Virus record (IMG/VR): IMGVR_UViG_3300026897_000014
Span: 1 to 27,310 of that record
From: a virus
Taxonomy: Duplodnaviria > Caudoviricetes
DNA: 27,310 nucleotides
Reading direction: 5' to 3' (one strand)
Of this stretch, positions 1 to 7,031 are shown piece after piece (position 1 is the first letter of the stretch; every line of letters begins with the position of its first letter). The notes beneath the pieces are model-generated. The model ran no database searches, was not told where the DNA came from, and was given only the letters and a program-made list of their open reading frames with translations. Position numbers and translations under genes: made by a program.

Positions 1-73
1 GCGCCTCGACGGCGCAGGGCTCGCCCTTCCGGCCGTGACGATCCCAGCGGTAGATGTAAGGCAAGTCGATCAC
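1..73 (-). CDS. Small phage hypothetical protein, N-terminal part (runs off the window start)
   Basis: GTG at 73 overlaps the ASCH stop (GTGA); reads MIDLPYIYRWDRHGRKGEPCAVEA with no stop to base 1. Confidence 0.6.
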   Translation of the reverse strand, partial: MIDLPYIYRWDRHGRKGEPCAVEA

Positions 74-555
74 AGCAGTGTCCCCTGCGGGTCGACCTGG
101 TGCATGACGTGCTGCTCCCGATCAGTCGGCAGCATCCACCGTGCAGGCGACGGCACATCCTCGGCTGGGCCGGGCTTCCATTCGAAGAAGCCGAGGGCGC
201 CGGCGCTGGGGATGAACGGGACCGGCTTGGCATCGGTGATGACCAGCCCGCGCGGTCCGAAGAACCAGGGGCTGTCCGATTCCTTGACGATGTCGACGAC
301 GCGACCAACGCCGACGATGCCGCCGCGCAACAGCTCGGCCGGTTGCGGCATGATGAAGCCGAGGTCGGCGCAGAATTCGGCGCAGTCCTCATATTCCTGG
401 CTGGTCATGCCTTTCGACGCGTGAATGGCGAATTCGCCACGAAATTTGAGGCCGGGGTTCGGCTGCCGCCACGACCGGTTTTCGATCGACTTCCACCCCA
501 TGACGACAGCGTAGGCCCATGGCTGGCGGATGGACAACGCGAGGCGGGGGATCAT
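70..555 (-). CDS. ASCH domain protein
   Basis: ALSIRQPWAYAVVMGWKSIENRSW (ASCH GxKxxExR motif), IHAS, GGIVG. Start set at 555 by ATGA overlap with the upstream stop at 552-554. Confidence 0.88.
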   Translation of the reverse strand: MIPRLALSIRQPWAYAVVMGWKSIENRSWRQPNPGLKFRGEFAIHASKGMTSQEYEDCAEFCADLGFIMPQPAELLRGGIVGVGRVVDIVKESDSPWFFGPRGLVITDAKPVPFIPSAGALGFFEWKPGPAEDVPSPARWMLPTDREQHVMHQVDPQGTLL

Positions 556-1064
556 GTCGGGCGCTCCCATGGGACAAGAGGAAGGTCATAAGACAGCGTG
601 AGCGGGTGCAGCGGCTGTCCGTCGAATGCCGTTCCCCAGCAATAGAGCGGGCATCCGACGCGATCGGCGATGGCTGCGACTTCGCGCCAGCGATTGCGCA
701 GACGGCGGGGCAGCTTGCCGAGTGTTCCCCAGCCGACGATATGCAGATCGGCGTCGCGCATGACCTGTTCGATGTGCTTGTCGTTGTCCGGCCCGACAGG
801 ATCCTCAGCGGCGCCGAGGTCGAAGATGTCAGTCGCGCGATAGGCAAACTTGTTGGCGATGATGAAACGGCCGATTCCTAGCCGGTCGGCGAAGCCATAC
901 CATTTGCGGATCGTGTGATCGTCATCCGCGGCGTCTGCAGTCGACGGGTTCACCATGATGCCGGCGGCGACTTTGCCCGTGCGGCAGAGGTCGCGTTCGA
1001 GCCTGAGGCGCCAGGTGCCGCAGTCGGACAGAATGGCGGACCGCCTGATGAGAAGGTCCGTCAT
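552..1064 (-). CDS. DUF1643 family protein
   Basis: SAILSDCGTWRLRLER, MVNPSTADAADDDHTIRK, NKFAYRATD, PLHPL motifs; ATGA-coupled start at 1064. Confidence 0.85.
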   Translation of the reverse strand: MTDLLIRRSAILSDCGTWRLRLERDLCRTGKVAAGIMVNPSTADAADDDHTIRKWYGFADRLGIGRFIIANKFAYRATDIFDLGAAEDPVGPDNDKHIEQVMRDADLHIVGWGTLGKLPRRLRNRWREVAAIADRVGCPLYCWGTAFDGQPLHPLTLSYDLPLVPWERPT

Positions 1065-1408
1065 GATGTCACCTGTCGGTCGGGTCCGGTCTGCGGGTTC
1101 TTGCTTGCAGTGTCCATCCATCTCTCGCCGTAAACGTGCACGACGCGCGTGCCGCGCTGCTGGAGCACGACGCCGGGCTTGCCTTCGCGCGTGACATAGT
1201 GGCCCTGCACCGTGCCGACGAAGCCGTCATGGTCGATGCGCGCCCATGTCCCGAACGGAACGCGCATGTCGGCTGGTAGGCCGACTTCCGCCCCGCGCAG
1301 GCGCAAGATTTCGTCGAGCAGGGCGTAGGCTTGATCGCTGGCGTAGACCGAGACAAGCCGCTGGGCGCGGTTCGCCTGCATCGCGGATATGATCTGGTCG
1401 ATGGTCAT
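1061..1408 (-). CDS. Hypothetical phage protein (115 aa)
   Basis: ATG at 1408 overlaps the RT stop (ATGA) with GAGGTG upstream; this is the 3' part of track ORF 1061..2119 (MTIDQIISAMQ...GFVGTVQGHYVTREGKPGVVLQQ). Confidence 0.75.
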   Translation of the reverse strand: MTIDQIISAMQANRAQRLVSVYASDQAYALLDEILRLRGAEVGLPADMRVPFGTWARIDHDGFVGTVQGHYVTREGKPGVVLQQRGTRVVHVYGERWMDTASKNPQTGPDRQVTS

Positions 1409-2388
1409 GATCTCACCTCGAGACTGCGGAGAAGGTTGCGGCTGTCGGCCCAGCCGGCGTGGCCGGTCCATGCGCCGAGGAACTTTTCCAGCCGCGCATG
1501 ATCGCCGGCTGCGCGGTAGGCCCTGATCTTTCGCCTGGCGCGGGTGACGCTGTCGCGGCGCAGCAGCTTGTGCGTCGGCCAGATGCGATAGCCGAGGAAG
1601 TTGACGCCGCGGGAGACCGGCTGGATGCTCCATTTCGAAAAGCGCAGGCCGAGTTGCTCGCGCGCCAGCGTCTCGATCGATGCCCGCACAGTGGCGAGGC
1701 GCTCCGACGATCGGCCGAGTACGACCATGTCGTCCATGTAGCGATACCAGTGTGGCTCGCGCAGCGTCTGGCCGAGATGCCGGTCGACGACGCCGCCATA
1801 GACGTTGGCGAAGATCTGCGACACCAGGCTGCCGATCGGCAGGCCCACACCTGTTCTGGGCAGCATCGCCTCGATCAGGCGGAGCGTTGCGCGGCACGAA
1901 ATCTTCGCCTCGATCAGCCGCCAGAGAACCGCCCGGTCGATGGATGCGAAGTAGCGTGAGAAATCGGTTTTCAGCGCGTAGAGCGGCTGGCCGTCGCGCG
2001 TCAGATGCCGCAGTTCGGCCTGCAGCAGCTTGACGCCGGCATGGGTTCCCTTGCCGGGTCGACAGGCGAAGGTGCGCGGCAAGAGCGTCGCATCGAAGAT
2101 CGGACCGACGACGGCGCAAAGCGCGTGCTGCGCGACGCGGTCGCGAAACGGCAGCGCGCTGATGGTGCGCAGTTTCGGGTCGAAGATCTGGAATTTATGC
2201 GGGACGCCCTGGACATAGGCGCCGGTGCGGATGTCCCGCGCCAGATCCTCGAGGTTGAGAGCCGAGAATTCCTTGAATTCGAGGAAGCCAGGCGACAGGC
2301 GCTTGCCGCGCGCGGTCAGCCGGTAAGCTTCGCGCATGTTGGCGTCGGCGGTGATTTGCTGCATGAGGTTGCGGTGCTTCTTCGCCAT
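1405..2388 (-). CDS. brt: DGR reverse transcriptase (Brt-like, 327 aa)
   Basis: YRYMDD catalytic motif, DGR-type GLPIGSLVSQ, KTDFSRYF, FRDRVAQHA, NFLGYRIW; no maturase or endonuclease extension. Confidence 0.96.
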   Translation of the reverse strand: MAKKHRNLMQQITADANMREAYRLTARGKRLSPGFLEFKEFSALNLEDLARDIRTGAYVQGVPHKFQIFDPKLRTISALPFRDRVAQHALCAVVGPIFDATLLPRTFACRPGKGTHAGVKLLQAELRHLTRDGQPLYALKTDFSRYFASIDRAVLWRLIEAKISCRATLRLIEAMLPRTGVGLPIGSLVSQIFANVYGGVVDRHLGQTLREPHWYRYMDDMVVLGRSSERLATVRASIETLAREQLGLRFSKWSIQPVSRGVNFLGYRIWPTHKLLRRDSVTRARRKIRAYRAAGDHARLEKFLGAWTGHAGWADSRNLLRSLEVRS

Positions 2389-2590
2389 CGCCGTCGCCTC
2401 AGATGCTCGCCGGTCGCGGGTTTCGATCCTTCGACAGGCTCAGGACTACTCCCCGCTTTACCGGACCTTGCAATGTGTTCGCCGAAGCCGGACGAGCGGG
2501 CTGACCACCCGGACGCGTTGCGCATCTGCGCTTGGCGTCCATGGCAGAAGGGCCGGCGAGGCCTTGACCGTCGCCGCGCAAGAAAGGGTC

Positions 2591-2709
2591 GTCACTGCGG
2601 CCGCGCGCGCCCAAGTTCTCGTTCGAGTTGTCCGGCCAGTTGTCGAGGTTCGCGTAGCGCGAGCCCGCGTTCTCGCCGTTGATCCAGGACCCGCCGAGGA
2701 TGGAGGCGC
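2591..2709 (-). repeat. DGR template repeat (TR)
   Basis: 119-bp ungapped match to 3160-3278 with 8 mismatches, all A in TR on the coding strand; 7 AAC codons; lies between avd and RT. Confidence 0.96.
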
Positions 2710-2727
2710 TCCGCATCATTTCCCCGC

Positions 2728-3099
2728 TCACCCGTTGCCCTTCGCGGTCTTGATCCACTGCCCGAGCATCGCGCCAGCCTCCGCTAGGTGGCGCAATGCC
2801 GTCCTGTGCTGGCTGGGCGAGATGATCTTGAGCGATGGCTGGGTCGCGAAGCGCAACCAGAAACGCAGCGTCGCCAGATTGGCGTCCGCCGCGTAAAGTC
2901 GTGATGGCTGCCCCGATTTTGCCGCCTGCCAGAACAGTTCGACCTGGTCGAACATGACCTTCATGATCGCGTCTCGGAGCGTGCCGTGGTGGCGCGGACA
3001 GCGTTGCAGGATGGGATAGAGATAGGTCACGGCCTGCTCGTATTTTTCGAGGATGGCCAGGCCCTTCGGCTTGGCGTTCTCGTCGCGGATGATGGTCAT
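2728..3099 (-). CDS. avd: Accessory variability determinant Avd (123 aa)
   Basis: ILEKYEQAVTYLYP...PRHHG...AAKSGQPSRLYAADANLATLRFWLRF...EAGAMLGQWIK, recognisably like BPP-1 Avd; positioned between VR and TR. Confidence 0.93.
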   Translation of the reverse strand: MTIIRDENAKPKGLAILEKYEQAVTYLYPILQRCPRHHGTLRDAIMKVMFDQVELFWQAAKSGQPSRLYAADANLATLRFWLRFATQPSLKIISPSQHRTALRHLAEAGAMLGQWIKTAKGNG

Positions 3100-3119
3100 G
3101 GGGCAAAATTTTTCGAAAC

Positions 3120-3139
3120 GCCGGCGCTTCCGCGCCGGC
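3120..3139 (-). promoter_or_regulatory. DGR target-recognition hairpin/cruciform downstream of IMH
   Basis: Perfect 8-bp stem GCCGGCGC-GGAA-GCGCCGGC beginning at the last base of the target stop codon. Confidence 0.85.
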
Positions 3140-4032
3140 TAGTTGGCAGGGTTCAGGTGGTCACTGCGGCCGCGCGCGCCCAAGTTCTCGACCGAGCTGC
3201 CCGGCCAGTAGTCGAGGTTCGCGTAGCGCGAGCCCGCGCTCCCGCCGCTGATCCAGGACCCGCCGAGGATGGAGGCGCAGGGGTTGTCGGGATCGCCGTC
3301 CGTGCCCCAATCCCAGAGATTGCCGGTCGCCTGCATCATGCCGAAGCGGCTGGTGCGCGGCGCGTCGAGGCCGGTGATTTTCGGATCGCGGCTGGCGGCG
3401 GTCTTTTCCGTCACGCCGAAGGCGGCGATGCGGAATTCGTCATAGGTGGGCGGCTGCTTGCCGTGATGGGCGAGGATGGCCGTCGCGGTGGCAAAGTCGA
3501 GCCTGTCGACCTTGCCTTTTCCGGCAATCGCTTTCGGCAAGTCGTTGCCGTCGGCGATCGTCACGCCGAACCGGCTGGTGCCGTCGGCCAGATGGTCGAC
3601 GCCGAGCTTGTAGATGTCCACCCACGCGCGCGCCCCGTCCGCCAGCATGATCGCGAACATGCCGCGCGGATCCGGGCAGGACGGGCGAAAGCCCTGATCC
3701 CAGATCGAGCACGGGTTGATCGCCGGGATGCTGTCGCCGCCGTTGCGCGCCTCGGCATTGCCGCCGGGAGCGAAGTGGAAGCCGCCGGCGACGTAGGCTG
3801 GCGCCGCAGTCTTGGCGGCAACGACGGTCAGCCTGTCGTCCTGCGTCAGCACGATGTCGAGGTCGGCGCCGGGAGCCATCACCGCCGGGTCGATCGGCAG
3901 GAGGAAATCCTCGGCGAAGCCGACGCGGAGCCTGCCATTGTCATGGATCTCTGTCCCGGCCCTGACGAAGATCGCATCGCGGCCCGCGGCGACGAAGATC
4001 GGGCGGGAGGAATCGCGGCGAATGATGTTCAT
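3139..4032 (-). CDS. mtd: DGR target protein, Mtd-like (beta-sandwich + C-type lectin fold), 297 aa, apparently lacking the N-terminal domain
   Basis: GGFHFAPGGNA, SIWDQGFRP..DPRGM, WVDIYKLGVDHLADGTSRFGVTIADG, HHGKQPPTYDEF, QATGNLWDWG, GARGRSDHL match recalled BPP-1 Mtd blocks; start 4032 has AAAGGA RBS (track start 4065); VR at the 3' end. Confidence 0.9.
   Translation of the reverse strand: MNIIRRDSSRPIFVAAGRDAIFVRAGTEIHDNGRLRVGFAEDFLLPIDPAVMAPGADLDIVLTQDDRLTVVAAKTAAPAYVAGGFHFAPGGNAEARNGGDSIPAINPCSIWDQGFRPSCPDPRGMFAIMLADGARAWVDIYKLGVDHLADGTSRFGVTIADGNDLPKAIAGKGKVDRLDFATATAILAHHGKQPPTYDEFRIAAFGVTEKTAASRDPKITGLDAPRTSRFGMMQATGNLWDWGTDGDPDNPCASILGGSWISGGSAGSRYANLDYWPGSSVENLGARGRSDHLNPAN
3160..3278 (-). 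repeat. DGR variable repeat (VR) with 16-bp GC-only element (3166-3181) and IMH
   Basis: Encodes ASILGGSWISGGSAGSRYANLDYWPGSSVENLGARGRSD versus TR ASILGGSWINGENAGSRYANLDNWPDNSNENLGARGRSD. Confidence 0.96.
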
Positions 4033-4074
4033 GTCGGTGTCCTTTCGGTTGAGGGGAAGTTGCATTTCGGGACT

Positions 4075-4491
4075 TCAGACGCTTCGATCGTGTTCGATCG
4101 CCTTGTCGGCTGGCTGGGTTCGCCAGTCGGGCCAAGTGCGCGCTTCGTTCTTCGCTTGCTTGGCAACAATCGCCGCGACGATGGTCTCTGGCTCCCATCC
4201 GGCGCGCCAAGCGTCGTCAAAGGTCAGAATGATGACGTCGACCCATTCCATGATATCGGCGGGATCGGCTTCGATCTCCGCGAGTTCCTTGCGAATGTGA
4301 TCGACAACGCCAGCCGTGCGCGTGCCCGGGCCAAAAGTGCGCTCGGAAAATTCGCGCTGGCGGCGCAGGTGTTCAACCAGGTTGAAGTCGCGGCTTTGCC
4401 TGTAGTGGGCAAGCGCCGCACGCGCCTGTCGCCATTCCTCGAGATATCGGTTGTTCGCCTCCAGCAGGTCGCGCTCGCGCTCCGGGCTCAT
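4075..4491 (-). CDS. DUF550 / dATP-dGTP pyrophosphohydrolase domain protein (MazG-like)
   Basis: HLRRQREFSERTFGPG..GVVDHIRKELAEIE..EWVDVIIL..DAWRAG..KQAKNEARTWPDWR; ATGA-coupled start at 4491. Confidence 0.85.
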   Translation of the reverse strand: MSPERERDLLEANNRYLEEWRQARAALAHYRQSRDFNLVEHLRRQREFSERTFGPGTRTAGVVDHIRKELAEIEADPADIMEWVDVIILTFDDAWRAGWEPETIVAAIVAKQAKNEARTWPDWRTQPADKAIEHDRSV

Positions 4492-4757
4492 GACTGCGCC
4501 CACATGATCAGCGCGATGGTCGCGCCTGCGACGGCGGCGAACAGGATCCACATCAGCAGCGCGAGCAGAACGATCGTCAGCGGGTTGAGCGGGCTCGCGG
4601 TGACGCCGTCGTCGGTTTCCTCGTCGGAAAGCCCTTCGGCGATGCGGAAGAGATGCTCGCTCGACGGCAGTTCGGCGGCCTTGCGGGCTTCGTCCCTGGC
4701 GTAGTTTTCCCGCAGGAAGAGCGCCGCCGGGTCGATGAATTCGTTGTTCGACATCAT
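4488..4757 (-). CDS. Small membrane protein
   Basis: GGGAGG RBS just after the dnaN stop; C-terminal hydrophobic stretch IVLLALLMWILFAAVAGATIALIMW. Confidence 0.7.
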   Translation of the reverse strand: MMSNNEFIDPAALFLRENYARDEARKAAELPSSEHLFRIAEGLSDEETDDGVTASPLNPLTIVLLALLMWILFAAVAGATIALIMWAQS

Positions 4758-4765
4758 GACCTCCC

Positions 4766-5905
4766 TCAAACGCGCATCGGCATCAGGACGAAGAGCGGCT
4801 GTTCGCCGTCTCCAACGGGCTCGGCGATGGCCGGATCACCGGGTCCGCCGAGGCGGAAGCGCACCTTGTCGGCGGTGACGGCGGCCAGCATTTCGAGCGC
4901 GTATTTGCCATTGAAGCCGATCTCGACGGTCGCACCCTCGCATTCGTCGATCGAGACCTCGTCGGTCGCGCTGCCGGAATCGGGGTTCGTCGTCGCCATC
5001 GAGAGCGGTCCGCCGGTCGCGTCGAAGCTCATCTTGACCGCGCTGCCCTTGCCAGTGGCCATGGTCATGACGCGGTCGAGCGCGGCGGTGAGCGCGACGC
5101 GGTCGAGCACGAACGAATTGTCATTGCCGGTCGGGATGACGCGTCGATAATCCGGAAAGGTGCCGTCGATCAGCTTGGACAGCAGCGTGCGGCCCGCCGC
5201 GTCCGCGAACATGATCTTGGTGTCGGACATCTGGATCGCGATGTCGCCTGCCGGCTTGTCGCCGATCAGCGATCGGATCAGGCCGACGGCGCGGCGCGGG
5301 ATGATGATGCCGGGCATCCTGTCCGGGTCGCCCGGCAGCGGCGTGCGCAGGCGCGCGAGGCGGTGGCCGTCGGTCGCAACGCAGGCGAGCTGGTCGCCGT
5401 CGGCATGCCAGTGGATGCCGTTGAGATAGTAGCGCGTCTCCTCGGTCGAGATGGCGAAGTCGACAGCGTCGATCATCCGCGCCAGCGTCGTGGCCGACAG
5501 GGTAAAGGCGTGCGGCAGGTCGCCGGTCGCCATCGCCGGAAAGTCGGCGGCGGGCAGGGTCTGCAAGCGGAACTTGGCGCGACCGGCGGTAACCGAAACC
5601 GCATTGGCGTCGACTGCCAGGCCGATCTCGACGCCATCGGGAAGCTTGCGCACGGCGTCGTGCAGCGTGCTGGCGTTGACGGTGAAACCGGCCCCGTCCG
5701 GGGCGTGTGCGGCGACACGGACGCGGATTTCCGTGTCGAGGTCGGAGCCGACGATCGTCAAGGCATCCTTGTCCTGCAGGATCAGCGTGTTCTGCAGGAT
5801 CGGAATGGTCGAGCGGCGCTCGACGGCCTTGGTGACCAGGGCCAGCGCGGGAAGCAAAGCCTCCCGCGCCACGATGATGTTGCCGGCTCCCTTGGCCATT
5901 TTCAT
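4766..5905 (-). CDS. dnaN: DNA polymerase III beta sliding clamp, phage-encoded
   Basis: VERRSTIPILQN, GSDLD, LHDAVRKLP, FAISTEETRYYLNGI, VATDGHRLA, SKLIDGTFPDYRRVIP, IGFNGKY, VLMPMRV. Confidence 0.96.
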   Translation of the reverse strand: MKMAKGAGNIIVAREALLPALALVTKAVERRSTIPILQNTLILQDKDALTIVGSDLDTEIRVRVAAHAPDGAGFTVNASTLHDAVRKLPDGVEIGLAVDANAVSVTAGRAKFRLQTLPAADFPAMATGDLPHAFTLSATTLARMIDAVDFAISTEETRYYLNGIHWHADGDQLACVATDGHRLARLRTPLPGDPDRMPGIIIPRRAVGLIRSLIGDKPAGDIAIQMSDTKIMFADAAGRTLLSKLIDGTFPDYRRVIPTGNDNSFVLDRVALTAALDRVMTMATGKGSAVKMSFDATGGPLSMATTNPDSGSATDEVSIDECEGATVEIGFNGKYALEMLAAVTADKVRFRLGGPGDPAIAEPVGDGEQPLFVLMPMRV

Positions 5906-6024
5906 TTCCTCACGCTGTCGGCGCTGCGCGCCTTGCTCCGGAAGGGGCGGGCCATCAGGCCCGACGCCCGCTTGGGCTTGCGGCCTGCGGCCGATAAGCC
6001 CGCGACTGCGGCCCGTGAGCGCAT
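5902..6024 (-). CDS. 40-aa ORF made almost entirely of the GTGAG structured repeat
   Basis: ATG overlaps the DUF2303 stop (TGATG) and TGA overlaps the dnaN start (ATGA); MRSRAAVAGLSAAGRKPKRASGLMARPFRSKARSADSVRK. Confidence 0.4.
   Translation of the reverse strand: MRSRAAVAGLSAAGRKPKRASGLMARPFRSKARSADSVRK
5909..5992 (-). repeat. GTGAG multi-hairpin repeat, copy 1
   Basis: ggcc-gca-ggcc gcaa gccc-aagc-gggc gtc gggcc-tgat-ggccc gccccttcc ggag c aa ggcgc-gca-gcgcc gaca gc gtgag. Confidence 0.8.
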
Positions 6025-7004
6025 CACGTCGCGCTCATTTCGGGCGTGCCCTCGAAGGTCGGCAGCGCGGTGTTAAGCGCGGCGTCCTTCAGGGTGGCGC
6101 TGACATGGTCGGTGATCGCCTGGTCGGGACGGTAGATCTGATACATCCAGACGATCTTCGCGCCCGACGGGCGGTAGCGCAGGCGCACCGGAATGCGGAT
6201 CTTGTCGCCCTGGTAGAAGGGCGCGACCGACAGGATGAAGATGCCCGGCACCTTGATCGGTTTGCCGTCCCCGTCGGTGTGGGTTTCTTCCCAGGCGATC
6301 TGGCCTTCGCCGGTCTGCAGCGTCGTCTGGTTCTTGATCTTCGACTCGACATGCACGCGCAGGCCGCGCGACAGTTCGACCACCTGCGCCGGCGTCGCCA
6401 CGCGGGTCGCAAACTCGCGCTCGAACAGGACTGTCTCCGCCTCGGTCGGCGCCGAGAGTTCGGGGATGCGATCCTCGAGGAACTCGGCGAACTCGCGCTG
6501 TTCCATCGGCTTGCCATCCGTGTCGACCCACTTCTTCCATTCCTCGGAGAGCGGGAAGGCGTAGTGGACGCGGTGCTTGCCGTTGGCGGCGAGGCCTGCG
6601 CTCTTCTGCTCGTGATAGTCGATCACGGCGGTGAGCGAGGGCTTGCGCCAGTTGGTGTCGGCGAAGATGACGCTGTCAGACGTCTTGTGGCGGTTGGTCA
6701 GGTTGCAGAACGCTTCGAAGGTCAGCGCGACCGCCTGGCCGGACTTGCGCTGCGGGTGCAGGCGATATTTCTCGAACAGGTGTGAGAGATCCTCGACGCC
6801 GGGCGCCACGCCACGCCGCAAAGCGACGGGAATGTTTGTCGGCAGACCGGTGCGCCCTTCGGCGGACAACGTAACGATCTCAATGCCCAACGCTTTCGCG
6901 CCGAGGTCTGCTGCGATGTCGAGGTCGAACTCGAAAGGGGAAAAGCTGAAGGGCCTGATCTCGCTGGCGAGTGCACCCAAGTCTGTCGTGTCGGCATTGT
7001 CCAT
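6024..7004 (-). CDS. DUF2303 (YfdQ-like) family protein
   Basis: LTAVIDYHE, HRVHYAFPLSEEWKKW, MEQREFAEFLEDRI, IKVPGIFILSVAPFY, RLRYR; AAAGGA RBS. Confidence 0.85.
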   Translation of the reverse strand: MDNADTTDLGALASEIRPFSFSPFEFDLDIAADLGAKALGIEIVTLSAEGRTGLPTNIPVALRRGVAPGVEDLSHLFEKYRLHPQRKSGQAVALTFEAFCNLTNRHKTSDSVIFADTNWRKPSLTAVIDYHEQKSAGLAANGKHRVHYAFPLSEEWKKWVDTDGKPMEQREFAEFLEDRIPELSAPTEAETVLFEREFATRVATPAQVVELSRGLRVHVESKIKNQTTLQTGEGQIAWEETHTDGDGKPIKVPGIFILSVAPFYQGDKIRIPVRLRYRPSGAKIVWMYQIYRPDQAITDHVSATLKDAALNTALPTFEGTPEMSAT

Positions 7005-7031
7005 TGGAAGATCCTTTCTCGGTTGGGAGGG

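Larger units (their letters stand above)
1405..4032 (-). mobile_element. Diversity-generating retroelement (target/VR - hairpin - avd - TR - RT)
   Basis: RT, Avd, a 119-bp TR/VR pair differing only at TR adenines, GC element, IMH and hairpin; same gene order as the Bordetella phage BPP-1 DGR. Confidence 0.97.

Noticed and set aside
1405-2388. RT as group II intron, retron or Abi RT
   Set aside because: Short RT with the IGxxxSQ motif, adjacent Avd and an A-specific TR/VR pair identify it as a DGR; no maturase domain or msr/msd arrangement seen
2427-2446. TCCTTCGACAGGCTCAGGAC in the TR-RT spacer as a REP-like unit or eighth GTGAG copy
   Set aside because: Single short hairpin without the GGAG...GTGAG layout; more simply part of the structured DGR spacer RNA
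2986-4704. 572-aa plus-strand ORF
   Set aside because: Antisense shadow of avd, target, DUF550 and the membrane gene; no motifs
4766-5905. Chromosomal dnaA-dnaN-recF origin region
   Set aside because: All neighbours are phage genes; the only DnaA-like sequence is a short domain IV fragment 11 kb away
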